This document shows positions 1 to 9,197 of a DNA stretch of 47,856 bases, piece by piece; within the stretch, counting starts at the first letter, position 1, and the number at the start of each line of letters is the position of its first letter. This stretch comes from Guillardia theta CCMP2712 (Eukaryota > Protista > Cryptophyta): assembly GCF_000315625.1 (NCBI RefSeq), contig NW_005434601.1, positions 1 to 47,856 on the forward strand, written 5' to 3'. The notes under the pieces were generated by a model. That model made no database searches. It was not told the origin of the DNA and saw only the letters and a program-made list of their open reading frames with translations. Position numbers and translations under genes: made by a program.

Positions 1-3
1 TCA

Positions 4-822
4 CCTAAACCCTAAACCCTAAACCCTAAACCCTAAACCCTAAACCCTAAACCCTAAACCCTAAACCCTAAACCCTAAACCCTAAACCCTAAACCCTAAA
101 CCCTAAACCCTAAACCCTAAACCCTAAACCCTAAACCCTAAACCCTAAACCCTAAACCCTAAACCCTAAACCCTAAACCCTAAACCCTAAACCCTAAACC
201 CTAAACCCTAAACCCTAAACCCTAAACCCTAAACCCTAAACCCTAAACCCTAAACCCTAAACCCTAAACCCTAAACCCTAAACCCTAAACCCTAAACCCT
301 AAACCCTAAACCCTAAACCCTAAACCCTAAACCCTAAACCCTAAACCCTAAACCCTAAACCCTAAACCCTAAACCCTAAACCCTAAACCCTAAACCCTAA
401 ACCCTAAACCCTAAACCCTAAACCCTAAACCCTAAACCCTAAACCCTAAACCCTAAACCCTAAACCCTAAACCCTAAACCCTAAACCCTAAACCCTAAAC
501 CCTAAACCCTAAACCCTAAACCCNNNNNNNNNNNNNNNNNNNNNNNNNNNNNNNNNNNNNNNNNNNNNNNNNNNNNNNNNNNNNNNNNNNNNNNNNNNNN
601 NNNNNNNNNNNNNNNNNNNNNNNNNNNNNNNNACCCTAAACCCTAAACCCTAAACCCTAAACCCTAAACCCTAAACCCTAAACCCTAAACCCTAAACCCT
701 AAACCCTAAACCCTAAACCCTAAACCCTAAACCCTAAACCCTAAACCCTAAACCCTAAACCCTAAACCCTAAACCCTAAACCCTAAACCCTAAACCCTAA
801 ACCCTAAACCCTAAACCCTAAA
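4..822 (+). repeat. Terminal telomere (CCCTAAA)n / TTTAGGG, with an assembly gap at 524-632
   Basis: Perfect 7-bp CCCTAAA array at the sequence start, with the C-strand on +, i.e. a left chromosome end. Confidence 0.99.
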
Positions 823-926
823 CGCTTGCAGCTTCCTTGGCGCCCTGGCGGCTTCCCCTACACCACGCGTGCAGCCATGGTGCCTGAAATAACCGGCGCT
901 CCATGGTGCCTGAAATAACCGGCGCT
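823..926 (-). mobile_element. 5'-end remnant of family A telomeric element
   Basis: Matches 3680-3757 (cgcttgcagcttcc...gcctgaaataaccggcgc) with the last 26 bp duplicated; telomeric repeats on both sides. Confidence 0.9.
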
Positions 927-1082
927 CCTAAACCCTAAACCCTAAACCCTAAACCCTAAACCCTAAACCCTAAACCCTAAACCCTAAACCCTAAACCCTA
1001 AACCCTAAACCCTAAACCCTAAACCCTAAACCCTAAACCCTAAACCCTAAACCCTAAACCCTAAACCCTAAACCCTAAACCC
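927..1082 (+). repeat. Interstitial telomeric tract
   Basis: (CCCTAAA)n. Confidence 0.98.
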
Positions 1083-1258
1083 TATTATTATTATGTGAGT
1101 TTATTAGAATGCTAGAATGTTGCTCGGCCTCGTTGTGGGCTTATGCAATTTGATCCTAGTCTAAAGAGGCGCTCGAGCACTGGGAGTACACGGCCTACAA
1201 TGCGAACCCTGCTTCTGAGGCGTCTTTCTACTCTCTACTTCTGCTGTCTTCTCTTGGC

Positions 1259-1472
1259 TTCCTCAGCCTCAGTCAGGAGAGTTGCCTCTCCTCACCTTGG
1301 CCTTCGGTCACCACCTACTCTACCTCCATTCAGCTTCCTCAGCCTCAGTCAGGAGAGTTGCCTCTCCTCACCTTGGCCTTCGGTCGCCACCTACTCCTCC
1401 TCCATTCAGCTTCCTCAGCCTCAGTCAGGAGAGTTGCCTCTCCTCACCTTGGCTTTCGGTCGCCTCCTACCT
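1259..1472. repeat. 76-bp tandem repeat (~2.8 copies) in the element 3' UTR, each with a GNRA hairpin
   Basis: Unit ttcctcagcctcagtcaggagagttgcctctcctcaccttggcc... at 1259, 1335 and 1411; also present in the other A copies. Confidence 0.9.
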
Positions 1473-1495
1473 TCTCTCCTTACCTTGAGCTCAGC

Positions 1496-3646
1496 TCAAG
1501 CTCGGTACGGGCTCGCCCCGTCTTCTTCCTCGGCGCCCTCGCCTTGCTCTTCCTCCATGTCTTCCTCTTCTTCGTCATCTTCCCTCATCTCCACTCGCAG
1601 TCGGTCCTTCTTGTCCACCTTCAGCGAGCAGGCCAGCACATGCATCTCTGCGAATTTACTCAGTGCTATGAACAGGAAGCTAAGAGATCGACGCTCTATG
1701 TCGTCGCTCTCCGCCTCCTGCTCAAGCTCAGCAGCTGCCGTTGCCCGTGGCGAGAACGCGCTGCCCCTCCTTGCCTTCTTGCTCTCTCCTTGCACGCGAG
1801 TCCAGCGTTTGCTCTGCAGCCACTTCCCCAGCTTCTCCTTGAGAACGTTGCGCCCTACTCCCTGCTCCTCTGGCATCTTCGCCCACTCTCCCAGCGACAT
1901 GAACTCCAGGCTCCCCGGAGAGTAGAACGTGTCGTGGAGGTTGCCAACGGCCTTGTCCAGGACCAGCTTGATCGGCTCGCTCGTCCCTGCCTCGTTCAAA
2001 GAAGCTGCATCTTCGATGACTGCTGACAGCTCGCTGACGAGCTGCATGTCCTCTTGGCTTGACGGAGATGCTGCCTCCATTGTGATCCTCTCCAGGTCTG
2101 TAAACTCCAGCCACTCTCCCTCGCTCTCCTCCTGTCGCTGCGCTGCGTCGCTGGTGCCCCGCTGACCAGCCGCCTCAGAGTCAGGCTCCTTGTCGAAGCC
2201 GACTGCTTCGAGCTTGGTTGCTGCGCCTTCGAGATAGAAGGGCAGCTCCTTCATCATGCGTCGAGCATCCTCCGTGGAGCCGAGGAGGATGCATAGCTTG
2301 GACCCGTTCCAGGACTTGGTGTTCAAATCCTCCTCCATGTCGATGCCTTCAACGTTGATCTCGAGCCTGTTAGCGATCTCCAACAAGACTCTCTTGACTC
2401 TTGCGATAGACGTGTTGCCGCCGTTGCACAGCCCCTCCATCTCCTTCCTCGTGAAGCGACCAGATGCCGCCGTCGACTTGATGATGATCTTGATCTCCTT
2501 GCCGTCCTTGCCGCCTGCCTTCTTCTGCATCCTTGATGCCTTCTTCAACTTATTTCTGGACACAAAGCGATCAGCTGTCAACTCGACTGCGAGCGCCTCT
2601 CTGATCTTCGGGTCCTCGCTGAACAGAGTCAGGTGTACTCCCTCCATCGCTTCGCTCTCTCGAAAAGCTCGAAATGCTGTATCATTCGCCTCTGGGCAGC
2701 TCGAGGAGACGATCCACTCCACCTCCCTCTGTCTCCAGATGACGTTGGCCCCTACAGCGATGAAGCCTTTCTGACCTAAGCCTTTGTGGACTTGCTGGCC
2801 TGGCGCCCCAGCGACCAGCATGCCTGCCAGCGGCTGGAGTTGGACCGCTGCAAGGGACTGGCGCAGCAGCTGATAGCGATAGACGGCAGCTATCTCAGCC
2901 GTTGTCATGCCGCCCAAGGTTAGCAGGTGAGTCAGCTCTGCCAAGCTGCCCCCTTTGCCCCAGGGTCCTCTCTTGGCTCGAATCTTGAAAGATCGATCGT
3001 GCACGATGCTCACATGTACAGCTGTGAACTTGCGACCATCGATCGCGAAGTCCTCTCTTCCCTGCCAGAGCTTCTCCGCTTGTGCATTGCGGAGGAAGGA
3101 AACAGTCACCGGGATCTCCTCAGCACTCGCTATCTCGGGTCTATACGGAGCCTTCCACATGATTGCTTTACTCTCTTGCACTGAGTCTACGATCAGTCCG
3201 ATCTCTTCAAATTTCTTCTTCAGCTTTTCTTCATGGTTGACATACACCGAGGAGATGCCCAGGAGAGTCATGGAGATGAAGGAAGTTACCTCGTTGCCTG
3301 CTGAGGCGGTGTATGTCTCGACCTTCTCCTTCTTGGCTTCCTCAATCTGCTGCATAAACCACTCTCTGGATGCGTCACTCCATCCAGTCATCGCTTCTTG
3401 CAGAAGCTCACGTCGTGCCTGCTGACATGTCGAGCGGATGGCTTCTGCGATAGCGTCGGGGGTGCATCCCTCCACAGCCTTGCAAGCCTGGGCTGTCCTG
3501 CTGTTCGGATAACGCTTCGCGAAGCTCTTCACCCTCTCGACGAGATCAGCTTCGAGGACAGAGGCATCCACAAGTCCGCTCTGCGTGTATTGGCATGATC
3601 TCCGATACAGCAGGTTGCGAACATTTTCATCATACTGAAGAACCAT
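1496..3646 (-). CDS. ORF1/gag-like putative RNA-binding protein (~716 aa) with RRM-like folds and an acidic C-terminus
   Basis: ATG at MVLQYDE is shared with family B. The segment ISMTLLGI..EEKLKKKFEEIG..VTVSF..AEKL..FAIDGRKFTAV follows an RRM-like beta-alpha-beta-beta-alpha-beta pattern. No YxDD, APE or restriction-like endonuclease motif seen. Confidence 0.8.
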   Translation of the reverse strand: MVLQYDENVRNLLYRRSCQYTQSGLVDASVLEADLVERVKSFAKRYPNSRTAQACKAVEGCTPDAIAEAIRSTCQQARRELLQEAMTGWSDASREWFMQQIEEAKKEKVETYTASAGNEVTSFISMTLLGISSVYVNHEEKLKKKFEEIGLIVDSVQESKAIMWKAPYRPEIASAEEIPVTVSFLRNAQAEKLWQGREDFAIDGRKFTAVHVSIVHDRSFKIRAKRGPWGKGGSLAELTHLLTLGGMTTAEIAAVYRYQLLRQSLAAVQLQPLAGMLVAGAPGQQVHKGLGQKGFIAVGANVIWRQREVEWIVSSSCPEANDTAFRAFRESEAMEGVHLTLFSEDPKIREALAVELTADRFVSRNKLKKASRMQKKAGGKDGKEIKIIIKSTAASGRFTRKEMEGLCNGGNTSIARVKRVLLEIANRLEINVEGIDMEEDLNTKSWNGSKLCILLGSTEDARRMMKELPFYLEGAATKLEAVGFDKEPDSEAAGQRGTSDAAQRQEESEGEWLEFTDLERITMEAASPSSQEDMQLVSELSAVIEDAASLNEAGTSEPIKLVLDKAVGNLHDTFYSPGSLEFMSLGEWAKMPEEQGVGRNVLKEKLGKWLQSKRWTRVQGESKKARRGSAFSPRATAAAELEQEAESDDIERRSLSFLFIALSKFAEMHVLACSLKVDKKDRLRVEMREDDEEEEDMEEEQGEGAEEEDGASPYRA

Positions 3647-3738
3647 ACTTAGAAAGCTATTTGAAGTATACAAACCTCTCGCTTGCAGCTTCCTTGGCGC
3701 CCTGGCAGCTTCCCCTACACCACGCGTGCAGCCATGGT

Positions 3739-4017
3739 GCCTGAAATAACCGGCGCCTGCCTGAAATAACCGGCGCCTGCCTGAAATAACCGGCGCCTGC
3801 CTGAAATAACCGGCGCCTGCCTGAAATAACCGGCGCCTGCCTGAAATAACCGGCGCCTGCCTGAAATAACCGGCGCCTGCCTGAAATAACCGGCGCCTGC
3901 CTGAAATAACCGGCGCCTGCCTGAAATAACCGGCGCCTGCCTGAAATAACCGGCGCCTGCCTGAAATAACCGGCGCCTGCCTGAAATAACCGGCGCTGCC
4001 TGAAATAACCGGCGCCT
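3739..4017. repeat. 5' monomer array (GCCTGAAATAACCGGCGCCT) x ~14
   Basis: Direct tandem repeat, unit 19-20 bp. Confidence 0.97.
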
Positions 4018-4047
4018 CCTAAACCCTAAACCCTAAACCCTAAACCC
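4018..4047 (+). repeat. 30-bp telomeric spacer
   Basis: cctaaa(ccctaaa)3ccc. Confidence 0.97.
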
Positions 4048-5850
4048 TATTATTATTATTATTATGTGAGTTTATTAGAATGCTAGAATGTTGCTCGGCC
4101 TCGTTGTGGGCTTATGCAATTTGATCCTAGTCTAAAGAGGCGCTCGAGCACTGGGAGTACACGGCCTACGATGCGAACCCTGCTTCTGAGGCGTCTTTCT
4201 ACTCTCTACTTCTGCTGCCTTCTCTTGGCTTGCTCAGCCTCAGTCAGGAGAGTTGCCTCTCCTCACCTTGGCCTTCGGTCACCACCTACTCTACCTCCAT
4301 TCAGCTTCCTCAGCCTCAGTCAGAAGAGTTGCCTCTCCTCACCTTGGCCTTCGGTCGCCACCTACTCCTCCTCCATTCAGCTTCCTCAGCCTCAGTCAGG
4401 AGAGTTGCCTCTCCTCACCTTGGCCTTCGGTCGCCTCCTACCTTCTCTCCTTACCTTGAGCTCAGCTCAAGCTCGGTACGGGCTCGCCCCGTCTTCTTCC
4501 TCGCCCTCGCCTTGCTCTTCCTCCACTGTCTTCCTCTTCTTCGTCATCTTCCCTCATCTCCACTCGCAGTCGGTCCTTCTTGTCCACCTTCAGCGAGCAG
4601 GCCAGCACATGCATCTCTGCGAATTTACTCAGTGCTATGAACAGGAAGCTAAGAGATCGACGCTCTATGTCGTCGCTCTCCGCATCCTGCTCCAGCTCAG
4701 CAGCTGCCGTTGCCCGTGGCGAGAACGCGCTGCCCCTCCTTGCCTTCTTGCTCTCTCCTTGCACGCGAGTCCAGCGCTTGCTCTGCAGCCACTTCCCCAG
4801 CTTCTCCTTGAGAACGTTGCGCCCCACTCCCTGCTCCTCTGGCATCTTCGCCCACTCTCCCAGCGACATGAACTCCAGGCTCCCCGGAGAGTAGAACGTG
4901 TCGTGGAGGTTGCCAACGGCCTTGTCCAGGACCAGCTTGATCGGCTCGCTCGTCCCTGCCTCGTTCAAAGAAGCTGCATCTTCGATGACTGCTGACAGCT
5001 CGCTGACGAGCTGCATGTCCTCTTGGCTTGACGGAGATGCTGCCTCCATTGTGATCCTCTCCAGGTCTGTAAACTCCAGCCACTCTCCCTCGCTCTCCTC
5101 CTGTCGCTGCGCTGCGTCGCTGGTGCCCCGCTGACCAGCCGCCTCAGAGTCAGGCTCCTTGTCGAAGCCGACTGCTTCGAGCTTGGTTGCTGCGCCTTCG
5201 AGATAGAAGGGCAGCTCCTTCATCATGCGTCGAGCATCCTCCGTGGAGCCGAGGAGGATGCATAGCTTGGACCCGTTCCAGGACTTGGTGTTCAAATCCT
5301 CCTCCATGTCGATGCCTTCAACGTTGATCTCGAGCCTGTTAGCGATCTCCAACAAGACTCTCTTGACTCTTGCGATAGACGTGTTGCCGCCGTTGCACAG
5401 CCCCTCCATCTCCTTCCTCGTGAAGCGACCAGATGCCGCCGTCGACTTGATGATGATCTTGATCTCCTTGCCGTCCTTGCCGCCTGCCTTCTTCTGCATC
5501 CTTGATGCCTTCTTCAACTTATTTCTGGACACAAAGCGATCAGCTGTCAACTCGACTGCGAGCGCCTCTCTGATCTTCGGGTCCTCGCTGAACAGAGTCA
5601 GGTGTACTCCCTCCATCGCTTCGCTCTCTCGAAAAGCTCGAAATGCTGTATCATTCGCCTCTGGGCAGCTCGAGGAGACGATCCACTCCACCTCCCTCTG
5701 TCTCCAGATGACGTTGGCCCCTACAGCGATGAAGCCTTTCTGACCTAAGCCTTTGTGGACTTGCTGGCCTGGCGCCCCAGCGACCAGCATGCCTGCCAGC
5801 GGCTGGAGTTGGACCGCTGCAAGGGACTGGCGCAGCAGCTGATAGCGATA

Positions 5851-7827
5851 CATTCTGTAGGATTTTGGGCAGGTAGGCATATACGCTATCTTGTAGGGTA
5901 GTCCCTGGGAATCGAGGGGTGGTTGAGGGATTTCATTTATTTGTACCAGGTAATTTGAGACCTTACGAAATTGATTTGAAATGTTCAATAGAATAATTTT
6001 TATATGTCGATAACAGTACAAAGTGAAAAATATTTTATTTTGCTTTCTCCTTGTCCTTTACCCCTTCCCTGATGCTGGCATAATGCAAACCATCTGCTGA
6101 TGTGGACCATTGGATGAGAAGCAGTTGAGAGAGACAATGACAGAGGTGAATCAGAAGCCCAACATGCATGTGTGCTGGAAGGCTTGCGACGGATGTGTGA
6201 TTCGGAAGCTTACATGTGTGCTTTGAGATTTTCAATAAGAGTTTTCCTCCAAAATATTTTATTTTGCTGCCTCCTTGTCCTTTGCTGATGTGGACCATTG
6301 GATGAGAAGCTGTTGAGAGAGACAATGACACAGAAGGTATCGCAGATATCTGGAAGGCATGCAGCCCAATGATCGTTGTGAGAGCATTCAAACGGATAAT
6401 CTCCGTGTTTCACTTCCCTTGTTACAACACTGCGCGCTGGAGAGTTCACAGATACTCTGCAGAGATGACTAGCTTCTCAAGAGACTTTCAGATAGAATTC
6501 CAGCAAGAAAAGCATGCAGGCTTGATTTTGACATATATATTCCTGGATTCAAATGAATAATTGCTCTGTCGCAGAAAATTATTGTTGATGCAAAGCTTGA
6601 CATCTGACTTGCAGCGAAAAGCAGCACACTTGCTGCTCAGATGCAGAGATGTTAAACCAATCTTTATTTGAGAGGACCCTCAACTTTGGTTTAGTAAACT
6701 ATCATTAAGCTCAAATTCAATCTACCATATCATATTGAGTGGAGGAGGTTATCTAACATATGGAAACACACTCTGACAATCTGATTATTACGATCAGAAA
6801 ATCACAAGTGTTGCATGAATCAGTATCGTAGACCATAAATTTTATAGGAGAACATCCGCTTCGCACCTGCCTAGAACATTTAAAATGAGGCTACCTACAT
6901 CTGATTGATGGTACAATGCAGCTATGAGGAAAGCTTAACGCATTTGGGAAATTTCCTCAAATTTTTCCTGGCCCAAACTTTCTTCATTGTCACGAGTCTT
7001 TCCATACCATCTTCGAAGAAGCAACATCCTCTTCATACATTTACATGTGTCCATGCTTCTTCATACGTTTGCATGTGTCCATGTTAACTGTTGCAGGTTC
7101 TGACAGAAATCCTGTGTAAACCTCAGAATGTGCTTCATAGGGGTTGAGAAGGTAAATATGAATGGGCGGCTCATTTGCAGGAAAATCTTCAAGGCTATTC
7201 AAAACTTTCCAAACATGAGGAGGATACGATTTATCCTAGACAAACACATGACGACAACGCCTTGTGTTGTGTTGCTCCCGGCATGTAACATGCCAAAGCC
7301 CCATTGACGGTGAAATTCGCATCCTTGCTTGCCATGCAGTGTTGCTTGTAGAAAGAGAATGCTTGGGATCTCGAGAGACTCTGCTCAATCATCACAATCT
7401 CATGCTCTGTTGTAGAATGATGCCATTCCAAACATGAATGCTCTTTGGCTGCGGTGGGACGATTTCCACCCACCCCACATACATTTTTGGGTAAGCAGTA
7501 CCGGTATGTAGTGGCATTCTGTACGGGATTGGAAGTTCCTGGTAACCATATGTAAACATCATGTATGTGTTTATATATATAAAAATAAATAAAACGAAAA
7601 TGGTACAAATGTCTAACTGACTCATACAAAAATAGCTATGAGATATTTGAACAAAAACACGCTGTATTAAAAACTAATTCAACGACCCCTCTCAAACAAT
7701 CCAGGTACCACCACCCCCTTATTCAGGGGAAACCACCGGGTCATTAGTCATAACCGGTACTGGGAGATCGAGAACTGACAAAAAGCCACTTTTCCTTGGT
7801 TTTTCCTGGGCGAAATCCTACAGAATG
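5851..7827. mobile_element. Non-autonomous TIR DNA transposon (CA...TG ends, 3-bp TSD; CACTA/CMC-like)
   Basis: 15-bp perfect TIR CATTCTGTAGGATTT / AAATCCTACAGAATG; TSD ATA at 5848-5850 and 7828-7830; empty site visible in the other copies; AT-rich interior. Confidence 0.9.
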
Positions 7828-8687
7828 ATAGACGGCAGCTATCTCAGCCGTTGTCATGCCGCCCAAGGTTAGCAGGTGAGTCAGCTCTGCCAAGCTGCCC
7901 CCTTTGCCCCAGGGTCCTCTCTTGGCTCGAATCTTGAAAGATCGATCGTGCACGATGCTCACATGTACAGCTGTGAACTTGCGACCATCGATCGCGAAGT
8001 CCTCTCTTCCCTGCTAGAGCTTCTCCGCTTGTGCATTGCGGAGGAAGGAAACAGTCACCGGGATCTCCTCAGCACTCGCTATCTCGGGTCTATACGGAGC
8101 CTTCCACATGATTGCTTTACTCTCTTGCACTGAGTCTACGATCAGTCCGATCTCTTCAAATTTCTTCTTCAGCTTCTCTTCATGGTTGACATACACCGAG
8201 GAGATGCCCAGGAGAGTCATGGAGATGAAGGAAGTCACCTCGTTGCCTGCTGAGGCGGTGTATGTCTCGACCTTCTCCTTCTTGGCTTCTTCAATCTGCT
8301 GCATAAACCACTCTCTGGATGCGTCACTCCATCCAGTCATCGCTTCTTGGAGAAGCTCACGTCGTGCCTGCTGACATGTCGAGCGGATGGCTTCTGCGAT
8401 AGCGTCGGGGGTGCATCCCTCCACAGCCTTGCAAGCCTGGGCTGTCCTGCAGTTCGGATAACGCTTCGCGAAGCTCTTCACCCTCTCGACGAGATCAGCT
8501 TCGAGGACAGAGGCATCCACAAGTCCGCTCTGCGTGTATTGGCATGATCTCCGATACAGCAGGTTGCGAACATTTTCATCATACTGAAGAACCATACTTA
8601 GAAAGCTATTTGAAGTATACAAACCTCTCGCTTGCAGCTTCCTTGGCGCCCTGGCAGCTTCCCCTACACCACGCGTGCAGCCATGGT

Positions 8688-9105
8688 GCCTGAAATAACC
8701 GGCGCTGCCTGAAATAACCGGCGCTGCCTGAAATAACCGGCGCTGCCTGAAATAACCGGCGCTGCCTAAAATAACCGGCGCTGCCTGAAATAACCGGCGC
8801 TGCCTGAAATAACCGGCGCTGCCTGAAATAACCGGCGCTGCCTGAAATAACCGGCGCTGCCTGAAATAACCGGCGCTGCCTGAAATAACCGGCGCTGCCT
8901 GAAATAACCGGCGCTTGCCTGAAATAACCGGCGCTGCCTGAAATAACCGGCGCTGCCTGAAATAACCGGCGCTGCCTGAAATAACCGGCGCTGCCTGAAA
9001 TAACCGGCGCTGCCTGAAATAACCGGCGCTTGCCTGAAATAACCGGCGCTGCCTGAAATAACCGGCGCTGCCTGAAATAACCGGCGCTGCCTGAAATAAC
9101 CGGCG
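8688..9105. repeat. 5' monomer array (19-bp variant) x ~22
   Basis: gcctgaaataaccggcgct tandem. Confidence 0.97.
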
Positions 9106-9135
9106 CCTAAACCCTAAACCCTAAACCCTAAACCC
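9106..9135 (+). repeat. 30-bp telomeric spacer
   Basis: cctaaa(ccctaaa)3ccc. Confidence 0.97.
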
Positions 9136-9197
9136 AAGGGGAGCGAGAGAGCGAGGGGAGCGAGGCAGCGAGGGAGCGAGGGGAGCGAAGGGAGCGA

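Larger units (their letters stand above)
1083..4017 (-). mobile_element. Telomere-targeted non-LTR-like element, family A copy 1 (full length, ORF intact)
   Basis: Minus-strand (TAA)n tail fused to GGGTTTA, AATAAA just upstream, single long ORF, 5' 20-bp monomer array, telomeric flanks; five copies in tandem. Confidence 0.85.
4048..9105 (-). mobile_element. Family A copy 2: full length but disrupted by a TIR transposon, a premature TAG at 8014 and a C-terminal frameshift
   Basis: Near-identical to copy 1; (TAT)6 tail on +; ~22 5' monomers at 8688-9105. Confidence 0.88.

Noticed and set aside
524-632. N-run inside the telomere
   Set aside because: Assembly gap, not a biological feature
1131-1202. 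Plus-strand stem cgttgtgggc/gcctacaatg suggesting plus-strand transcription (Athena/terminon polarity)
   Set aside because: Not evident in family B; ORF direction, AATAAA, tail, GNRA loops and truncation polarity all favour a minus-strand RNA
1259-1472. Hammerhead or HDV ribozyme in the 76-bp repeat (CTGAGGA on the minus strand)
   Set aside because: No stem II followed by GAAA, and HDV P1/P3 spacing does not fit; kept only as a generic structured RNA
1143-3598. Plus-strand ORFs (MQFDPSLK..., MRRASSVEP... and their repeats in other copies)
   Set aside because: Ser/Leu-rich antisense shadows of the minus-strand ORF and UTR repeats; conservation between families follows the minus frame
3739-4017. 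Monomer arrays as CRISPR
   Set aside because: No unique spacers, eukaryotic context, no cas genes
4462-6021. 519-aa ORF with a novel N-terminus
   Set aside because: Chimeric read-through from the inserted TIR transposon into the broken element ORF
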